Shown here piece after piece: positions 31,322 to 42,396 of a stretch of 64,000 bases of DNA. A program made the position numbers and the translations under genes. The notes beneath the pieces are model-generated. The model was not told where the DNA came from, ran no database searches, and saw nothing but the letters and a program-made list of their open reading frames with translations. The number at the start of each line of letters is the position of its first letter. The stretch's first letter is position 1. The stretch is from Sphingobacteriia bacterium (GTDB taxonomy: Bacteria; Bacteroidota; Bacteroidia; Bacteroidales; UBA7960). The stretch lies in the NCBI GenBank assembly GCA_011390785.1, contig JAABRR010000001.1:58742-122741 (forward strand), in the 5' to 3' direction.

Positions 31322-32719
31322 ATGAATAAATTTGATAATGAAATAAAACGAAAACTCAAAGATTTGGAGGTTGAACCACCTCAGGAAATCTGGAGTGCCA
31401 TTGAAAACCGGCTTGACAATAAACAAAAGGCCCCCGTTTTCTTTTGGAGAAAATTTGCTGCCGCAGCTGCTTTACTTATTTTATTGGTTTCTGCATCAGT
31501 ATTTTATTTTTCACGGCTTTTCACTTCACCACAAGTGGCCGATTCTGCCATTCCATCTGCAGATAGTGATCAAACTTCAACAAAACAAACACTATCGCCC
31601 CAAAATAAAGAGGCTACAAAGATTATTGCATCAGTTGGTGATGATATGATAGCAAGCCATAATCAGTTACTATCAGACAGGGAAAATGCTACTGCAAAAA
31701 ATTCAGCATCAACGACAAATGAAAAGGTTTTGCCAACTCATGAAAATGGATTTGTTGAAACTCCGTCTTTTCATATCTTAGAAAAGTTACCATCATTAAC
31801 ATCTTATATTAATACTTACAAACTCCCTAACAATCGTATTGTACTTGCCTTCAACAGCCCTGTTTCAAATACTCCAAACAGGTTAAAAACAATAATAACA
31901 GACCAAAATAACGATCTGGCCTTCTCAATGGCTTCATCAGCCCTGAGTATTTCAGGATATTTTGCGCCCCAACAATCATATCGATTTCAATATGGAAGCG
32001 GGTCATCGGGGTTTTCTGAATCACTGGAAAGTGAAATCATGAGTTTTGCCACAGGATTAAATATAAATTACAAACTAAATAACCGATGGGAATTACAATC
32101 AGGATTGGGTTATAATATCATAGGCCAAAGAGTAAATGATATTGCTTCATTTAGTCATCCATCCATGATGCCATTATATTCTAACGACGGCAACACAATT
32201 AATTCACACCCCCAACGAATGAGTACATCCATGGGCGGTATTGTTTTTACTGACCAGAGTCTTTATTTTGCTGATGTTAGCTCCACAAGGATTATCACCC
32301 TAAAAGGCAGTTATGATGAAAGTATCGTTAATTTGCTCAATAAAAATGGTACCGGTTTAATTCAACAATTTGAATATTTAGAACTTCCTTTATCAGCAAG
32401 GTATAAGCTTTTTGAATATGGTGTTACCGTTTATGCCAAAGCAGGAGTTATTGCCAATTATCTGCTTTCAGGCAAGGTGTACCTAATGGATAATATGCCA
32501 TCAGATAATCCTATCGGGCACAGTGTAGGCATAAGTAAATTCAACTTTACAGGAATGAGCGGTTTAGCATTTTCTTACCCTCTCACCAATAGGATGCAAC
32601 TGAATCTTGAGCCTACAGCCACTATGTTTTTTAGGCCAATGGGTCAAGTCAGAAATTTAACCAATAAAACCTATCCTTACTCATGGTCTGTTTATATGGG
32701 AGTATCATATAAACTTTAA
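31322..32719 (+). CDS. Anti-sigma-like protein with C-terminal outer-membrane beta-barrel
   Basis: N-terminal EVEPPQEIWSAIE helix, one TM segment, low-complexity linker, beta strands ending YMGVSYKL. Confidence 0.78.
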   Translation: MNKFDNEIKRKLKDLEVEPPQEIWSAIENRLDNKQKAPVFFWRKFAAAAALLILLVSASVFYFSRLFTSPQVADSAIPSADSDQTSTKQTLSPQNKEATKIIASVGDDMIASHNQLLSDRENATAKNSASTTNEKVLPTHENGFVETPSFHILEKLPSLTSYINTYKLPNNRIVLAFNSPVSNTPNRLKTIITDQNNDLAFSMASSALSISGYFAPQQSYRFQYGSGSSGFSESLESEIMSFATGLNINYKLNNRWELQSGLGYNIIGQRVNDIASFSHPSMMPLYSNDGNTINSHPQRMSTSMGGIVFTDQSLYFADVSSTRIITLKGSYDESIVNLLNKNGTGLIQQFEYLELPLSARYKLFEYGVTVYAKAGVIANYLLSGKVYLMDNMPSDNPIGHSVGISKFNFTGMSGLAFSYPLTNRMQLNLEPTATMFFRPMGQVRNLTNKTYPYSWSVYMGVSYKL

Positions 32720-32944
32720 TTTCCAATTCTCGCCAATTACCTTTTTTTCCTGAAAGTATTTAAAAACAATAAATGATTGCATCCATTTTCTGGCTGTATT
32801 TCTTTACTTTTGTATTGCAGGAATTTCACTAATCAAATCCCTTTTTAAATTTACCACATCCTTAAGAAGTAAACTTACAGGATTATCCAAGAATTATAAC
32901 TTACTTATGAATTAAGAAAACCTACCTAACAAACTTTATCGAAA

Positions 32945-33940
32945 ATGGAGAAAAGGAAAATAGGAACATCAGAACTGGAATTATCAGCTATTACTTTTGG
33001 AGCATGGGCAGCAGGTGGCTGGATGTGGGGTGGAAGCAACACCCAGGATGCCATAAAAGCCATTATTGCGTCTTATGATATGGGAGTAACATCCATTGAC
33101 ACAGCTCCTGTTTATGGCCAGGGTGCCAGTGAAGAAATTGTTGGAGCAGCCATAAAAGAGTTACCCCGCGATAAAGTGCAGATATTAACCAAATATGGCT
33201 TAAGATGGGATCTGGCCAAAGGTGAGTTTTACTTTTACAGCGCCAATAACGATGGGAAACCTATCGATATTTATAAATATGCCGGGAAGGAGAGTGTAAT
33301 TGCTGAATGCGAAAACAGTCTGAAAAGACTTAAAACAGATTATATCGATCTTTACCAGATCCACTGGCCAGATAGCACAACAGCTATTTCTGAAACCATG
33401 GAAGCAGTTTCTATTCTTATTGATCAGGGTAAGGTGCGTTACGCCGGAGTTTGCAACTACAATGCAGAACAAATGGAGGAAGCTTCCAGGCATATTAGTC
33501 TGTTGTCAAACCAAGTGAAATACAACATGATTGTAAGAGACATTGAAAAAGAACTGATACCCTATCTTATCGATAATAAGCAATCTGTAATAGCCTACAG
33601 CCCTATGGAACGTGGTCTGTTAACCGGAAAATTGAAACCGGGCCATGAGTTTTCTCCGGGAGATCATCGGGCTGGTGTTCCATGGTTTAAAAATGAAAAT
33701 ATAAAACGAGTTAATACCTTCCTGGGGAAAATTCTACCCCTTGCATTAGAGAAGGAAGCATCATTGGGTCAGTTAGTTTTGCGCTGGACCATTGCCCAAC
33801 CCGGCATTACTATTGCTTTGGCAGGAGCACGCAATGATCAACAAGCAATACAAAACGCAAAAGCCATTGAAATTCAACTAAATAAAGATGATATTGAGTT
33901 TATCAATGGCGAATTAACAAAACTGAAGCTGGAAAAATAG
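32945..33940 (+). CDS. Aldo/keto reductase
   Basis: IDTAPVYG, TKYG, DYIDLYQIHWP and AYSP motifs. Confidence 0.95.
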   Translation: MEKRKIGTSELELSAITFGAWAAGGWMWGGSNTQDAIKAIIASYDMGVTSIDTAPVYGQGASEEIVGAAIKELPRDKVQILTKYGLRWDLAKGEFYFYSANNDGKPIDIYKYAGKESVIAECENSLKRLKTDYIDLYQIHWPDSTTAISETMEAVSILIDQGKVRYAGVCNYNAEQMEEASRHISLLSNQVKYNMIVRDIEKELIPYLIDNKQSVIAYSPMERGLLTGKLKPGHEFSPGDHRAGVPWFKNENIKRVNTFLGKILPLALEKEASLGQLVLRWTIAQPGITIALAGARNDQQAIQNAKAIEIQLNKDDIEFINGELTKLKLEK

Positions 33941-33977
33941 TCAGGTTTGTTAAATGGGTTTAAAATGTAGTAAAATA

Positions 33978-35240
33978 CTACTGATTACACTTTTCACCAG
34001 CAATAAAGCCGGTTGACCATGCTATCTGCAAATTGAACCCCCCGGTATTTGCGTCAAGATCGATAACTTCACCAGCAAAAAAAAGATTCTTCATCAGTTT
34101 CGATTCCATTGTTTTAGAATGTATTTCATTTACCGGAATGCCTCCCGAAGTAATAATCGCTTCTCTAAAACCCGGATGCCCTGTTACCTGAAACCGAAAA
34201 TCTTTCATTAGCAACAGGATTCGTCTCCGTTCTTTGGCATCAACCTGATTGCAAAGCTTTTTGCCATCCAATTGAAGTATTTCAAGAAATATCGGGATAA
34301 GACTTGATGGCAACCAGTTTCGAAAAATGTTCTCCAACTGTTTTTTCCCATGCTCGTTTAAATCACGAATGAGACGTGCATCAAGTTTTTTTTCATCGAG
34401 TGCTGGTTTAAGGTCAATACATATTTCAACCTTATTGCCATTATTCATTTGCTCTGTAACAAACCTGCTGAGCGTAAGCACAACAGGCCCGGTGAGTCCG
34501 TAATGAGCAAACATAAGTTCTCCGAACTCTTCACGGGCCTTTTTGCCATTAACCCAGGCAATAGCATTAATATTCTTAAGCGCCAACCCTTGCAGTTTAG
34601 ATGCAACATTACCTTCCACAACCAGGGGTACCAAAGCGGGCAATGGCTCAATGACCGTATGACCAACCTGACGTGCCAAGCAATAGCCATCACCTGTGGA
34701 TCCCGTTGCAGGATAAGATTTACCCCCTGTGCAAATGATAACACTTTTAGCGAAAAATTCCTGCTTTCCGTTTTCCGTCATGGCAAGTACCCCTTTTAAG
34801 TGATCGTTTTCAACAAGCAACTTTTGCACCTGCGTATTCACCATAATATCAATGTTCTTTTTTCCCATCCAATCCAGCAAAGCTTTCAGAACATGGCGTG
34901 CATCGTTGCTCACAGGAAACACTCTGCTACCACGTTCGGTGGTAGTTTCAACACCATGATTATGCAATATTTCTATAATATCATCTTTAAAAAATTGATG
35001 AAAAGCATGCTTTAAAAACCGCGGATTGGGGAAAATATTTTTATAATACTCTGCAACAGGCCCGTCATAAGTTACATTACAACGCCCCTTGCCTGTGATC
35101 AATAGCTTACGGCCAACCCTACCCATTTTCTCCAAAAGCAAAACCTTTGCTCCCAAATGAGCAGCTCTGCCAGCTGCAATAATTCCAGCTGCTCCCGCTC
35201 CAATTACTATTGTATCCCAGGTGTTTTTGTCTGAAGTCAT
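33978..35240 (-). CDS. HI0933/YhiN-family flavoprotein
   Basis: GAGAAG, GRKLLITGKGRCN, TGSTGDG, TGGFNLQIAWSTG. Confidence 0.95.
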   Translation of the reverse strand: MTSDKNTWDTIVIGAGAAGIIAAGRAAHLGAKVLLLEKMGRVGRKLLITGKGRCNVTYDGPVAEYYKNIFPNPRFLKHAFHQFFKDDIIEILHNHGVETTTERGSRVFPVSNDARHVLKALLDWMGKKNIDIMVNTQVQKLLVENDHLKGVLAMTENGKQEFFAKSVIICTGGKSYPATGSTGDGYCLARQVGHTVIEPLPALVPLVVEGNVASKLQGLALKNINAIAWVNGKKAREEFGELMFAHYGLTGPVVLTLSRFVTEQMNNGNKVEICIDLKPALDEKKLDARLIRDLNEHGKKQLENIFRNWLPSSLIPIFLEILQLDGKKLCNQVDAKERRRILLLMKDFRFQVTGHPGFREAIITSGGIPVNEIHSKTMESKLMKNLFFAGEVIDLDANTGGFNLQIAWSTGFIAGEKCNQ

Positions 35241-35432
35241 TTTTGAGTTTTGAAGTTCCCTTAAAAGGGTTATTTCGGTTTAACATTAGAAAATGCGAAT
35301 TTACATTAATTGTTGTAACACATAGTTTTTATTTCAGATTACATTGGGATGAGAAGATCAATATCGAACCCAAAAATCCTGACGGCCGTGTTGCAACCCA
35401 ATGAAAATTTGTGTAGGTTTGCGGCGATAATA

Positions 35433-37586
35433 ATGTACACATCTATGGAAAAATATGTAAGGCAGTTACAACAGGAAACTGCATTGGAGAGCTGGCAGAT
35501 TGAGAATACGATTGAATTGCTAAAGCAGGGATCAACCATCCCTTTTATTTCTCGCTACCGTAAAGAGATGACCGGCTCGCTGGATGAAGTTCAGATAGCG
35601 ACAATTCGCGACCGGCTCCAGCAAATGGAAGAGCTCGATAAAAGACGCGAAGTTATTCTCAGCAGCATAACAGAACAAGAAAAGCTCACTCCGGAGCTGG
35701 AGAGTGAAATTCTGGCTGCCGGCACCATGGCCATTCTGGAAGATCTTTACCTGCCCTACAAGCCTAAGAGGAAAACCAGGGCTACCATGGCTATTGCCAA
35801 AGGGCTGGAGCCTTTGGCAAAAATAATTTTTTCTCAAAACATCAATAAAATTGAAGAGAAGGCACTTCCCTTTGTCAACATCGAAAAAGAAGTCCCCGAT
35901 ATAGAAACAGCTTTTGCAGGTGCCCGTGATATAATTGCCGAATGGATCAATGAAGATGCCCGTGCCCGCCAGAAAATCAGGAAGCTCAACGAACGAAAAA
36001 GTCAATTGGTTTGTAAAGTAGCCAAGGGAAAAGAATCTGACGGGCATAAATATGAAAGTTGGTTCGACTGGACAGAACCTTTGGCCAAAGCCCCATCTCA
36101 CAGAATTTTGGCAATGTTTCGGGGAGAAAACGAAGGGTTCCTGAAAGTTAGCATTCACCCCGATGAGCAAGAAGCATTAGAAATACTTGAATCGATGTTT
36201 GTTAAAGGGCGAAATGAATCAGCCCAACAGGTGGAGATGGCAATAAAGGATAGCTATAAAAGGCTTTTGGCACCATCCATTGAAACCGAAATGCGCCAGA
36301 TTTATAAACAAAAGGCCGATAAGGAAGCCATACGTGTTTTTGCAGAAAATCTTCGTCAATTACTCCTGGCACCACCACTCGGCCAAAAAAATATACTTGC
36401 CATTGACCCGGGCATGCGGACCGGATGTAAGTTGGTTTGCCTTGATAAACAAGGGAAATTGCTGCATAACGAGACCATTTATCCGCATGCCCCTTTATAC
36501 CAAAGAAAAGAATCGGCTTCCAAAATAGTAAACCTTGTAAATGCTTATAATATTGAAGCCATTGCAATTGGTAACGGTACCGGCGGAAGAGAAACAGAAG
36601 AAATGGTAAGAAAAATAAGATTCTCGCGCGATATTTTTGCTGTAATGGTAAATGAAAGTGGTGCATCTGTTTATTCAGCATCCTCAGTAGCACGTGAAGA
36701 ATTTCCTGATTATGATGTTACCGTGAGAGGAGCTGTTAGTATAGGACGTCGCTTGGCCGACCCTCTTGCTGAGCTGGTAAAAATTGACCCAAAGTCTATA
36801 GGTGTTGGTCAGTACCAGCATGATGTTGACCAGAAACTTCTGAAAAACAGCCTAGATGACGTAGTAGTAAGCAGTGTAAATGCCGTAGGTGTTGAAGTAA
36901 ACACCGCGAGTAAAGAATTGCTTACCTATGTTTCAGGACTGGGCCCGGTACTTGCCAAAAATATTGTGGAATACAGAAGTGAGAATGGACCTTTTGGTTC
37001 ACGTTCATCACTAAAAAAAGTTCCCAGATTTGGTGCCAAAGCTTTTGAGCAGGCAGCAGGATTTCTACGGGTAAATCAGAGCAAAAACCTGCTCGACAAG
37101 AGTGCTGTACACCCTGAAAGTTATCATATTGTTGCGGCAATGGCTACAGACCTGGGCGTAACAGTAGATGATCTTATGAAGAAAGATTTATTACGTAAAC
37201 AAATAGATATTCAGAAATACAAAACAGAAACTGTTGGATTACCCACCTTGCAAGATATTTTGGCTGAACTGGCCAAGCCTGGACGCGACCCTCGAAAAGA
37301 GATAGAGTTCTTTGAATTTGACCCTGATGTGAACAGCATAGAAGATTTAAAACCAGGAATGAAACTACCGGGTATCGTAACAAATATTACAGCTTTTGGC
37401 GCTTTTGTTGATGTGGGTGTTCACCAGGATGGGCTTGTTCATATAAGCCAGATGGCTAACCGTTACATCAGTAATCCGGCCGATGTTGTTACCCTTAATC
37501 AGAAAGTAATGGTTACCATAAAAGAAGTGGATATAGCCCGTAAAAGAATCAATATGAGCATGAAGGAAGATGCTACTAAAAATTAA
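35433..37586 (+). CDS. tex: Tex-family S1-domain RNA-binding protein
   Basis: TIPFISRYRKE, IDPGMRTGCK, ESGASVYSAS, SIGVGQYQHD, S1 domain; a -7 promoter at 35414 favours a start at 35433 or 35445. Confidence 0.95.
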   Translation: MYTSMEKYVRQLQQETALESWQIENTIELLKQGSTIPFISRYRKEMTGSLDEVQIATIRDRLQQMEELDKRREVILSSITEQEKLTPELESEILAAGTMAILEDLYLPYKPKRKTRATMAIAKGLEPLAKIIFSQNINKIEEKALPFVNIEKEVPDIETAFAGARDIIAEWINEDARARQKIRKLNERKSQLVCKVAKGKESDGHKYESWFDWTEPLAKAPSHRILAMFRGENEGFLKVSIHPDEQEALEILESMFVKGRNESAQQVEMAIKDSYKRLLAPSIETEMRQIYKQKADKEAIRVFAENLRQLLLAPPLGQKNILAIDPGMRTGCKLVCLDKQGKLLHNETIYPHAPLYQRKESASKIVNLVNAYNIEAIAIGNGTGGRETEEMVRKIRFSRDIFAVMVNESGASVYSASSVAREEFPDYDVTVRGAVSIGRRLADPLAELVKIDPKSIGVGQYQHDVDQKLLKNSLDDVVVSSVNAVGVEVNTASKELLTYVSGLGPVLAKNIVEYRSENGPFGSRSSLKKVPRFGAKAFEQAAGFLRVNQSKNLLDKSAVHPESYHIVAAMATDLGVTVDDLMKKDLLRKQIDIQKYKTETVGLPTLQDILAELAKPGRDPRKEIEFFEFDPDVNSIEDLKPGMKLPGIVTNITAFGAFVDVGVHQDGLVHISQMANRYISNPADVVTLNQKVMVTIKEVDIARKRINMSMKEDATKN

Positions 37587-37608
37587 AATTTTGAAAAAGA
37601 CTAATTCA

Positions 37609-40461
37609 TCAGATTGGTGCTTTTTCCGTATTTAGGGTAAAACAAAATGTAGCACCCGGTAGGCTTCCATCTGATTCTACCCAAATTTTTCCATTATGGG
37701 TTTCAACAATTCTTTTTACCAGCGAAAGGCCAAGTCCTGTGCCAGGACTGTTTGAATCGAGCTTATTGAATAAGCCAAATATCTTGTCATGATACTTTGG
37801 TAAAATACCGATACCATTATCCTGTACACAAAATACATCTGTTTCATCATCCTTTCGGGAATATACTTTAATTAAAGGGTTTTGGTGATCAACAGAAAAT
37901 TTTACCGCATTCTCCAGCAGATTTTGATATAACTCCCTGATGCGGGCTTTACCGGCAGTTACAACTGGCATATCAGGCTGAATATATACTTCGCACTTTT
38001 TGTCTTTTAAAAGTCCAAAAATGAGTTCATGAGCATCTGAAGCAGGTTGAGTCATAGAAAAAGACTCATTCTGTTCCATTACTTTTCCAACCCTTGAAAG
38101 TTTCAGCAAATCTTCGAGTAACTGCTGCATCTTATCAGTAGCATTACCTATACGCATTATATCTTCAGCAATCTGCTCCTGATTATGCTCTTCTATATCT
38201 TCTTTTAACAACCCCAAAAAGCCTTTTATTGTAACCAGTGGACTTCTCAGGTCATGTGAAACAGTGTAGGAAAAACGCTCCAATTCTGAATTGATCCGTC
38301 CTAATTCCTCAAGTTGCTTCTTAATAACTTTTTCAGCCTGTACCCTTTCAGTAATATCAAAATAGATTCCAACAATACCCATGGGGTTATTCTTCCTGTC
38401 GAGAAAAACAGATTTATGGAATACCGCGTCCATCTGTCTTCCATCCGCAAAAATAATTTGAGATTCATAGCTTTGCATACCTCCTGTGTGTAATAATTCT
38501 TTATCCTTATCATCAAAAACCTGAGCCTGTTCCAAAGCAAAGAAATCAAAAACAGTATTACCAACAATTTCTTCTCGTGATAGATTAAGATATTCACAAA
38601 AAGCCCTGTTACAGCCTGTGAATCGACCGTCCACATCTTTGTAAAACAGGGGAAAGGGTATATTATCCAGAATCAGACTTAAGAAGTAAGATTGGAATTC
38701 AACCTGCTGCCTGGCTTCCTTTTCACGTGTAATATCAATTATAAAACCTTCTATGTAGAGAAGTTCGCCAAAAGAGTTGGTAATTCCATGACCTTGTTCC
38801 CAAACCCATTTTTCTTGTTTTTTCCGGTCCATAATCCTGTATTGAATATCAAACCGATTTCTTTTGGAAAGAGAAGTCTTAACTGCAGTTCTAACTATTT
38901 CGCGATCATCAGGATGAATAATTTCTTCGTAGCTTATTACATTATTATGCATAAGTTCGGGAGGTTGATAACCAGTTAAGTTTTCAACACCAAAACTTAC
39001 AAAGGTCATTGTCCAGTAGCGATCATTGCGGCACCGGTAAACCATACCGGGTAAATTGCTTACCAATGTAGTATTTATTCTTTCTGATTCCTGCAAAGCC
39101 ATTTGCATTCTGTAATTTTCATCTATATCATTAAATGAAAAATAATATCGGGTTTGTCCGTTTTCAGTAAAACGCACAGCATTAAAGCTGGCTCTGAATT
39201 CAATACCCTTCCTGCGCAACATATTCACTTCGGCATAAAGAGGTATCCCATCCCTGAGTTTATTGATATAATTAAAAGCAGCGGGATCTATGTCTGTATT
39301 CAGGAATTCGGGTAGCGAAACCATCCCTAAATCATTAACCGAAAAATCAAGAATTTTAAGGGCTGCAGGATTTGCATCAAGGATTAACAGATCATCGTTA
39401 CAGATAACAGCACCCTGGGGGCTATGTTTAAAAATGGTTTTAAATCTTCTGTCACCTTCTTTGGCAATTTTGAATGCTTTGATCTGATCAGTAATATCGC
39501 GGATTATTACCAATCTCAGATTAGTGCTATTGTTAATGGGCAGCGAATGTGCAGTAACTTCAACATCAAAGGTAGTACCATCTTTTTTTTGATGAATCCA
39601 GCCACTACTGCGATGAAAATCAGGTAATTTCTCTGCCATGTGCTCCATAAAAAGGGGAATTTCTGACGCAGGACGCAAATCAATGATGCTTAGCGAAAGA
39701 AATTCCTTTTCCGTATAACCATAGAGAAAAAGAGCAGCTTTATTGGCTTCCATAATCCGCAAATCCTCGGTGTCATAAACCAGCATGGGATTGGGATTAT
39801 TGGCAAACAAATATCCATATCTTTTCGAGCTTTCCTTATATTTCTCCCGGAGTAGTTTTTTATCCTGAATATCATCATAAAAACCCAGGAAGCCTTCAAA
39901 TACTTCATCACCGTCATAATATGGCATACAGGTATTTATTACCCAATTATATTGGGAATTATGTACCTTTAACCTATATTCAAGTTTAAATAAATCTCGC
40001 GAAATAAAACCTTGCGAAAATTTCTCAATACAATAAGACCTGTCATCAGGATGCACTGCATCTAACCATACAAAAGGTTTTTCGGAAGAAACAGAAAACC
40101 CGGTAAATTCAAGCCATTTATCATTAAAAAAGACGCAGTTCCCCAATTTATCCGATTTCCATAGTGGCTGGTAATGCTGGGCCAAAAAGTTTTCCTGCAT
40201 CATCTCCTGATTACGCAAATCCTTCTCTTTACGCTGCAGGTCGTACAACGTCCTTTTAAGTAGAAAATAAAAAATTAATCCACTACCAAATACATAAAAC
40301 CACCCTTTAAAGGTCTGTACATTTGTTATTACTTCCGGGTCCTGAAACATAGCCATTACAAGACGATCAGAAAACAAAATCCATAAACTACCAATCATCA
40401 GGTATAACAGAATAATTAGTATTGTAGGTTTATGAATTCTTTTGGATAACTTATCTGACAT
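37609..40461 (-). CDS. Multi-PAS sensor histidine kinase
   Basis: Two N-terminal TMs, about five PAS/PAC units, SHDLRSPL (HisKA), NAVKF, DNGIG, GTGLGL. Confidence 0.95.
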   Translation of the reverse strand: MSDKLSKRIHKPTILIILLYLMIGSLWILFSDRLVMAMFQDPEVITNVQTFKGWFYVFGSGLIFYFLLKRTLYDLQRKEKDLRNQEMMQENFLAQHYQPLWKSDKLGNCVFFNDKWLEFTGFSVSSEKPFVWLDAVHPDDRSYCIEKFSQGFISRDLFKLEYRLKVHNSQYNWVINTCMPYYDGDEVFEGFLGFYDDIQDKKLLREKYKESSKRYGYLFANNPNPMLVYDTEDLRIMEANKAALFLYGYTEKEFLSLSIIDLRPASEIPLFMEHMAEKLPDFHRSSGWIHQKKDGTTFDVEVTAHSLPINNSTNLRLVIIRDITDQIKAFKIAKEGDRRFKTIFKHSPQGAVICNDDLLILDANPAALKILDFSVNDLGMVSLPEFLNTDIDPAAFNYINKLRDGIPLYAEVNMLRRKGIEFRASFNAVRFTENGQTRYYFSFNDIDENYRMQMALQESERINTTLVSNLPGMVYRCRNDRYWTMTFVSFGVENLTGYQPPELMHNNVISYEEIIHPDDREIVRTAVKTSLSKRNRFDIQYRIMDRKKQEKWVWEQGHGITNSFGELLYIEGFIIDITREKEARQQVEFQSYFLSLILDNIPFPLFYKDVDGRFTGCNRAFCEYLNLSREEIVGNTVFDFFALEQAQVFDDKDKELLHTGGMQSYESQIIFADGRQMDAVFHKSVFLDRKNNPMGIVGIYFDITERVQAEKVIKKQLEELGRINSELERFSYTVSHDLRSPLVTIKGFLGLLKEDIEEHNQEQIAEDIMRIGNATDKMQQLLEDLLKLSRVGKVMEQNESFSMTQPASDAHELIFGLLKDKKCEVYIQPDMPVVTAGKARIRELYQNLLENAVKFSVDHQNPLIKVYSRKDDETDVFCVQDNGIGILPKYHDKIFGLFNKLDSNSPGTGLGLSLVKRIVETHNGKIWVESDGSLPGATFCFTLNTEKAPI

Positions 40462-40719
40462 TTTCTTCCTCCTGATGGTTAAGTGTAGGCAAACAACTTC
40501 CGGATGTATTAGTCAATCTTTAACAGGATAGAATTCAACAATGATATGCTCTAAAAATTAGGATTCCTTAAGCAATTATGTGTGAAAATTTATGTAGGTT
40601 TGCTGCAATTACCCATGTAAACATAACAATTTTTTCCTTATAATTACAGTTCTTGAAAAGAAAAGTTAAGCTTTTTCATTCTAAAACTCCAACGTTAAAT
40701 TTTAATATTTTTATAATTT

Positions 40720-42090
40720 ATGAATGATTTAAAGAAATACATTGACCAAAATCAGGATCGATTCGTTAAAGAATTATTTGATCTTATCAGAATTCCATCG
40801 GTTAGCGCCAAAGATGAACACAAACCCGACATGCTAAAAGCAGCAAACTGGCTGAAAGAAAAGCTTCTTAAAGAAGGCGTAGATAAAGCAGAAGTAATTG
40901 AAACAGAAGGCCATCCGGTGGTTTACGGAGAAAAAATGCTGAATGAAGCCTATCCCACCGTTCTGGTTTACGGGCATTATGATGTGCAACCTGCTGAACC
41001 TCTGGATTTATGGAACAGCCCGCCCTTTGAACCGGAAATTCGTGATGGCAGAATCTATGCCCGCGGTGCCAACGACGACAAAGGACAAATGTTTATGCAT
41101 ATTAAGGCCTTTGAATATTTGCTCGCTACCAATCAACTGACCTGCAATGTTAAGTTTATGATTGAAGGGGAAGAAGAAATTGGATCTCCCAGCCTTGGAA
41201 AATTCTGCGAAGACAACAAAGAAATGCTCAAAGCTGATGTTATCCTGGTATCAGACACATCAATGATTGCCCCGGATACACCTTCTATTACTACAGGCTT
41301 GCGCGGACTTGCCTACATGGAAGTGGAAGTAACCGGCCCAAGTCATGATCTGCACTCTGGCCTGTATGGCGGTGCCGTTGATAACCCCGTAAACGTTCTC
41401 TGCGAAATGATTGCCCAATTGCGCGATGAAAACAACCACATTACGATTCCTGGGTTTTATGACGATGTGCTGGAGCTCAGCCAGGAAGAAAGAGCAGAAA
41501 TGGCCAGGGCACCCTTCGATCTTAACGAATTCAAAAAGGGAATTAAAATCAAAAAAGAAGGCGGAGAAAAAGGCTACTCATCATCAGAAAGAACCGGCAT
41601 CAGGCCCAGCCTTGACGTAAACGGAATCTGGGGTGGATACACCGATAAGGGTGCCAAAACCATACTACCATCAAAAGCCTATGCCAAAATAAGTATGCGA
41701 CTGGTACCTCACCAGGAATCAAAAAAGATTGAAAAACTCTTTAAGGAGTATTTTGAATCTATTGCTCCCGAAACTGTTTCGGTTAAGGTAGAATTTTTGC
41801 ACGGTGGCGAAGGCTACGTTGCCCCTACCGACACCATCGCCTACCAGGCTGCCAGCAAAGCTTTTGAAGCAACATACGGCATTAAGCCCATACCGGTAAG
41901 AAGTGGTGGTTCGATACCTATCATTTCTCTTTTCGAAAAGATTCTGGGCATCAAATCCATCCTTATGGGATTTGGACTCGATTCAGATGCCATACACTCC
42001 CCCAACGAAAACTACTCTCTTGAGCAATTCAGAAAGGGAATCGAAACGATACCGCATTTCTATAAATATTTTGCGGAAATGAGTAAATAA
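40720..42090 (+). CDS. M20-family dipeptidase
   Basis: YGHYDVQP, ARGANDDKGQ, EGEEE, DLHSG, HSPNE. Confidence 0.95.
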   Translation: MNDLKKYIDQNQDRFVKELFDLIRIPSVSAKDEHKPDMLKAANWLKEKLLKEGVDKAEVIETEGHPVVYGEKMLNEAYPTVLVYGHYDVQPAEPLDLWNSPPFEPEIRDGRIYARGANDDKGQMFMHIKAFEYLLATNQLTCNVKFMIEGEEEIGSPSLGKFCEDNKEMLKADVILVSDTSMIAPDTPSITTGLRGLAYMEVEVTGPSHDLHSGLYGGAVDNPVNVLCEMIAQLRDENNHITIPGFYDDVLELSQEERAEMARAPFDLNEFKKGIKIKKEGGEKGYSSSERTGIRPSLDVNGIWGGYTDKGAKTILPSKAYAKISMRLVPHQESKKIEKLFKEYFESIAPETVSVKVEFLHGGEGYVAPTDTIAYQAASKAFEATYGIKPIPVRSGGSIPIISLFEKILGIKSILMGFGLDSDAIHSPNENYSLEQFRKGIETIPHFYKYFAEMSK

Positions 42091-42111
42091 ATAATATTAG
42101 ATCTTAAAATG

Positions 42112-42143
42112 AAAGCAGGCTATAAAAAATGGCCTGCTTTTTT
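42112..42143 (+). terminator. Intrinsic terminator
   Basis: AAAGCAGGC...GCCTGCTTTTTT after the dipeptidase stop. Confidence 0.85.
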
Positions 42144-42213
42144 ATTTGATATTTCCTAAGGCAGTTTCAAATTCCTTATGAAGCCTTTACCGATGCATCG
42201 AGGTTCGAAAGTA

Positions 42214-42396
42214 TTATTCTTCCCATCCAAACCAATCATCCATTTCGCGGCGGTCTCTCTTGGTGGGGCGGCCTTTTCTTTTGGCCAGTGGGTTCTCTCT
42301 GATCAGTTCCAGCTTGTGGTATTCTTCTGCCGGGGTTAGGTCTTGCATATAATCGGGCACGAGTTTGGCCCCTACCCTTTTTTCGAGCAATTGGAT
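42214..42396 (-). pseudogene. hslR: Displaced 3' half of hslR (direct repeat copy A)
   Basis: 183 bp, 173/183 identical to 45631-45813; encodes IQLLEKRVG...EMDDWFGWEE* with no 5' half. Confidence 0.92.

Noticed and set aside
35349-35432. N-terminal extension of Tex
   Set aside because: A -7 promoter element at 35414 lies inside it, so the real start is probably 35433 or 35445.
42214-42396. hslR repeat as a simple assembly duplication or neutral pseudogene decay
   Set aside because: Differences are restricted to third codon positions and the stop codon, with no indels, which fits two functional alleles. A strain chimera still needs read-level exclusion.
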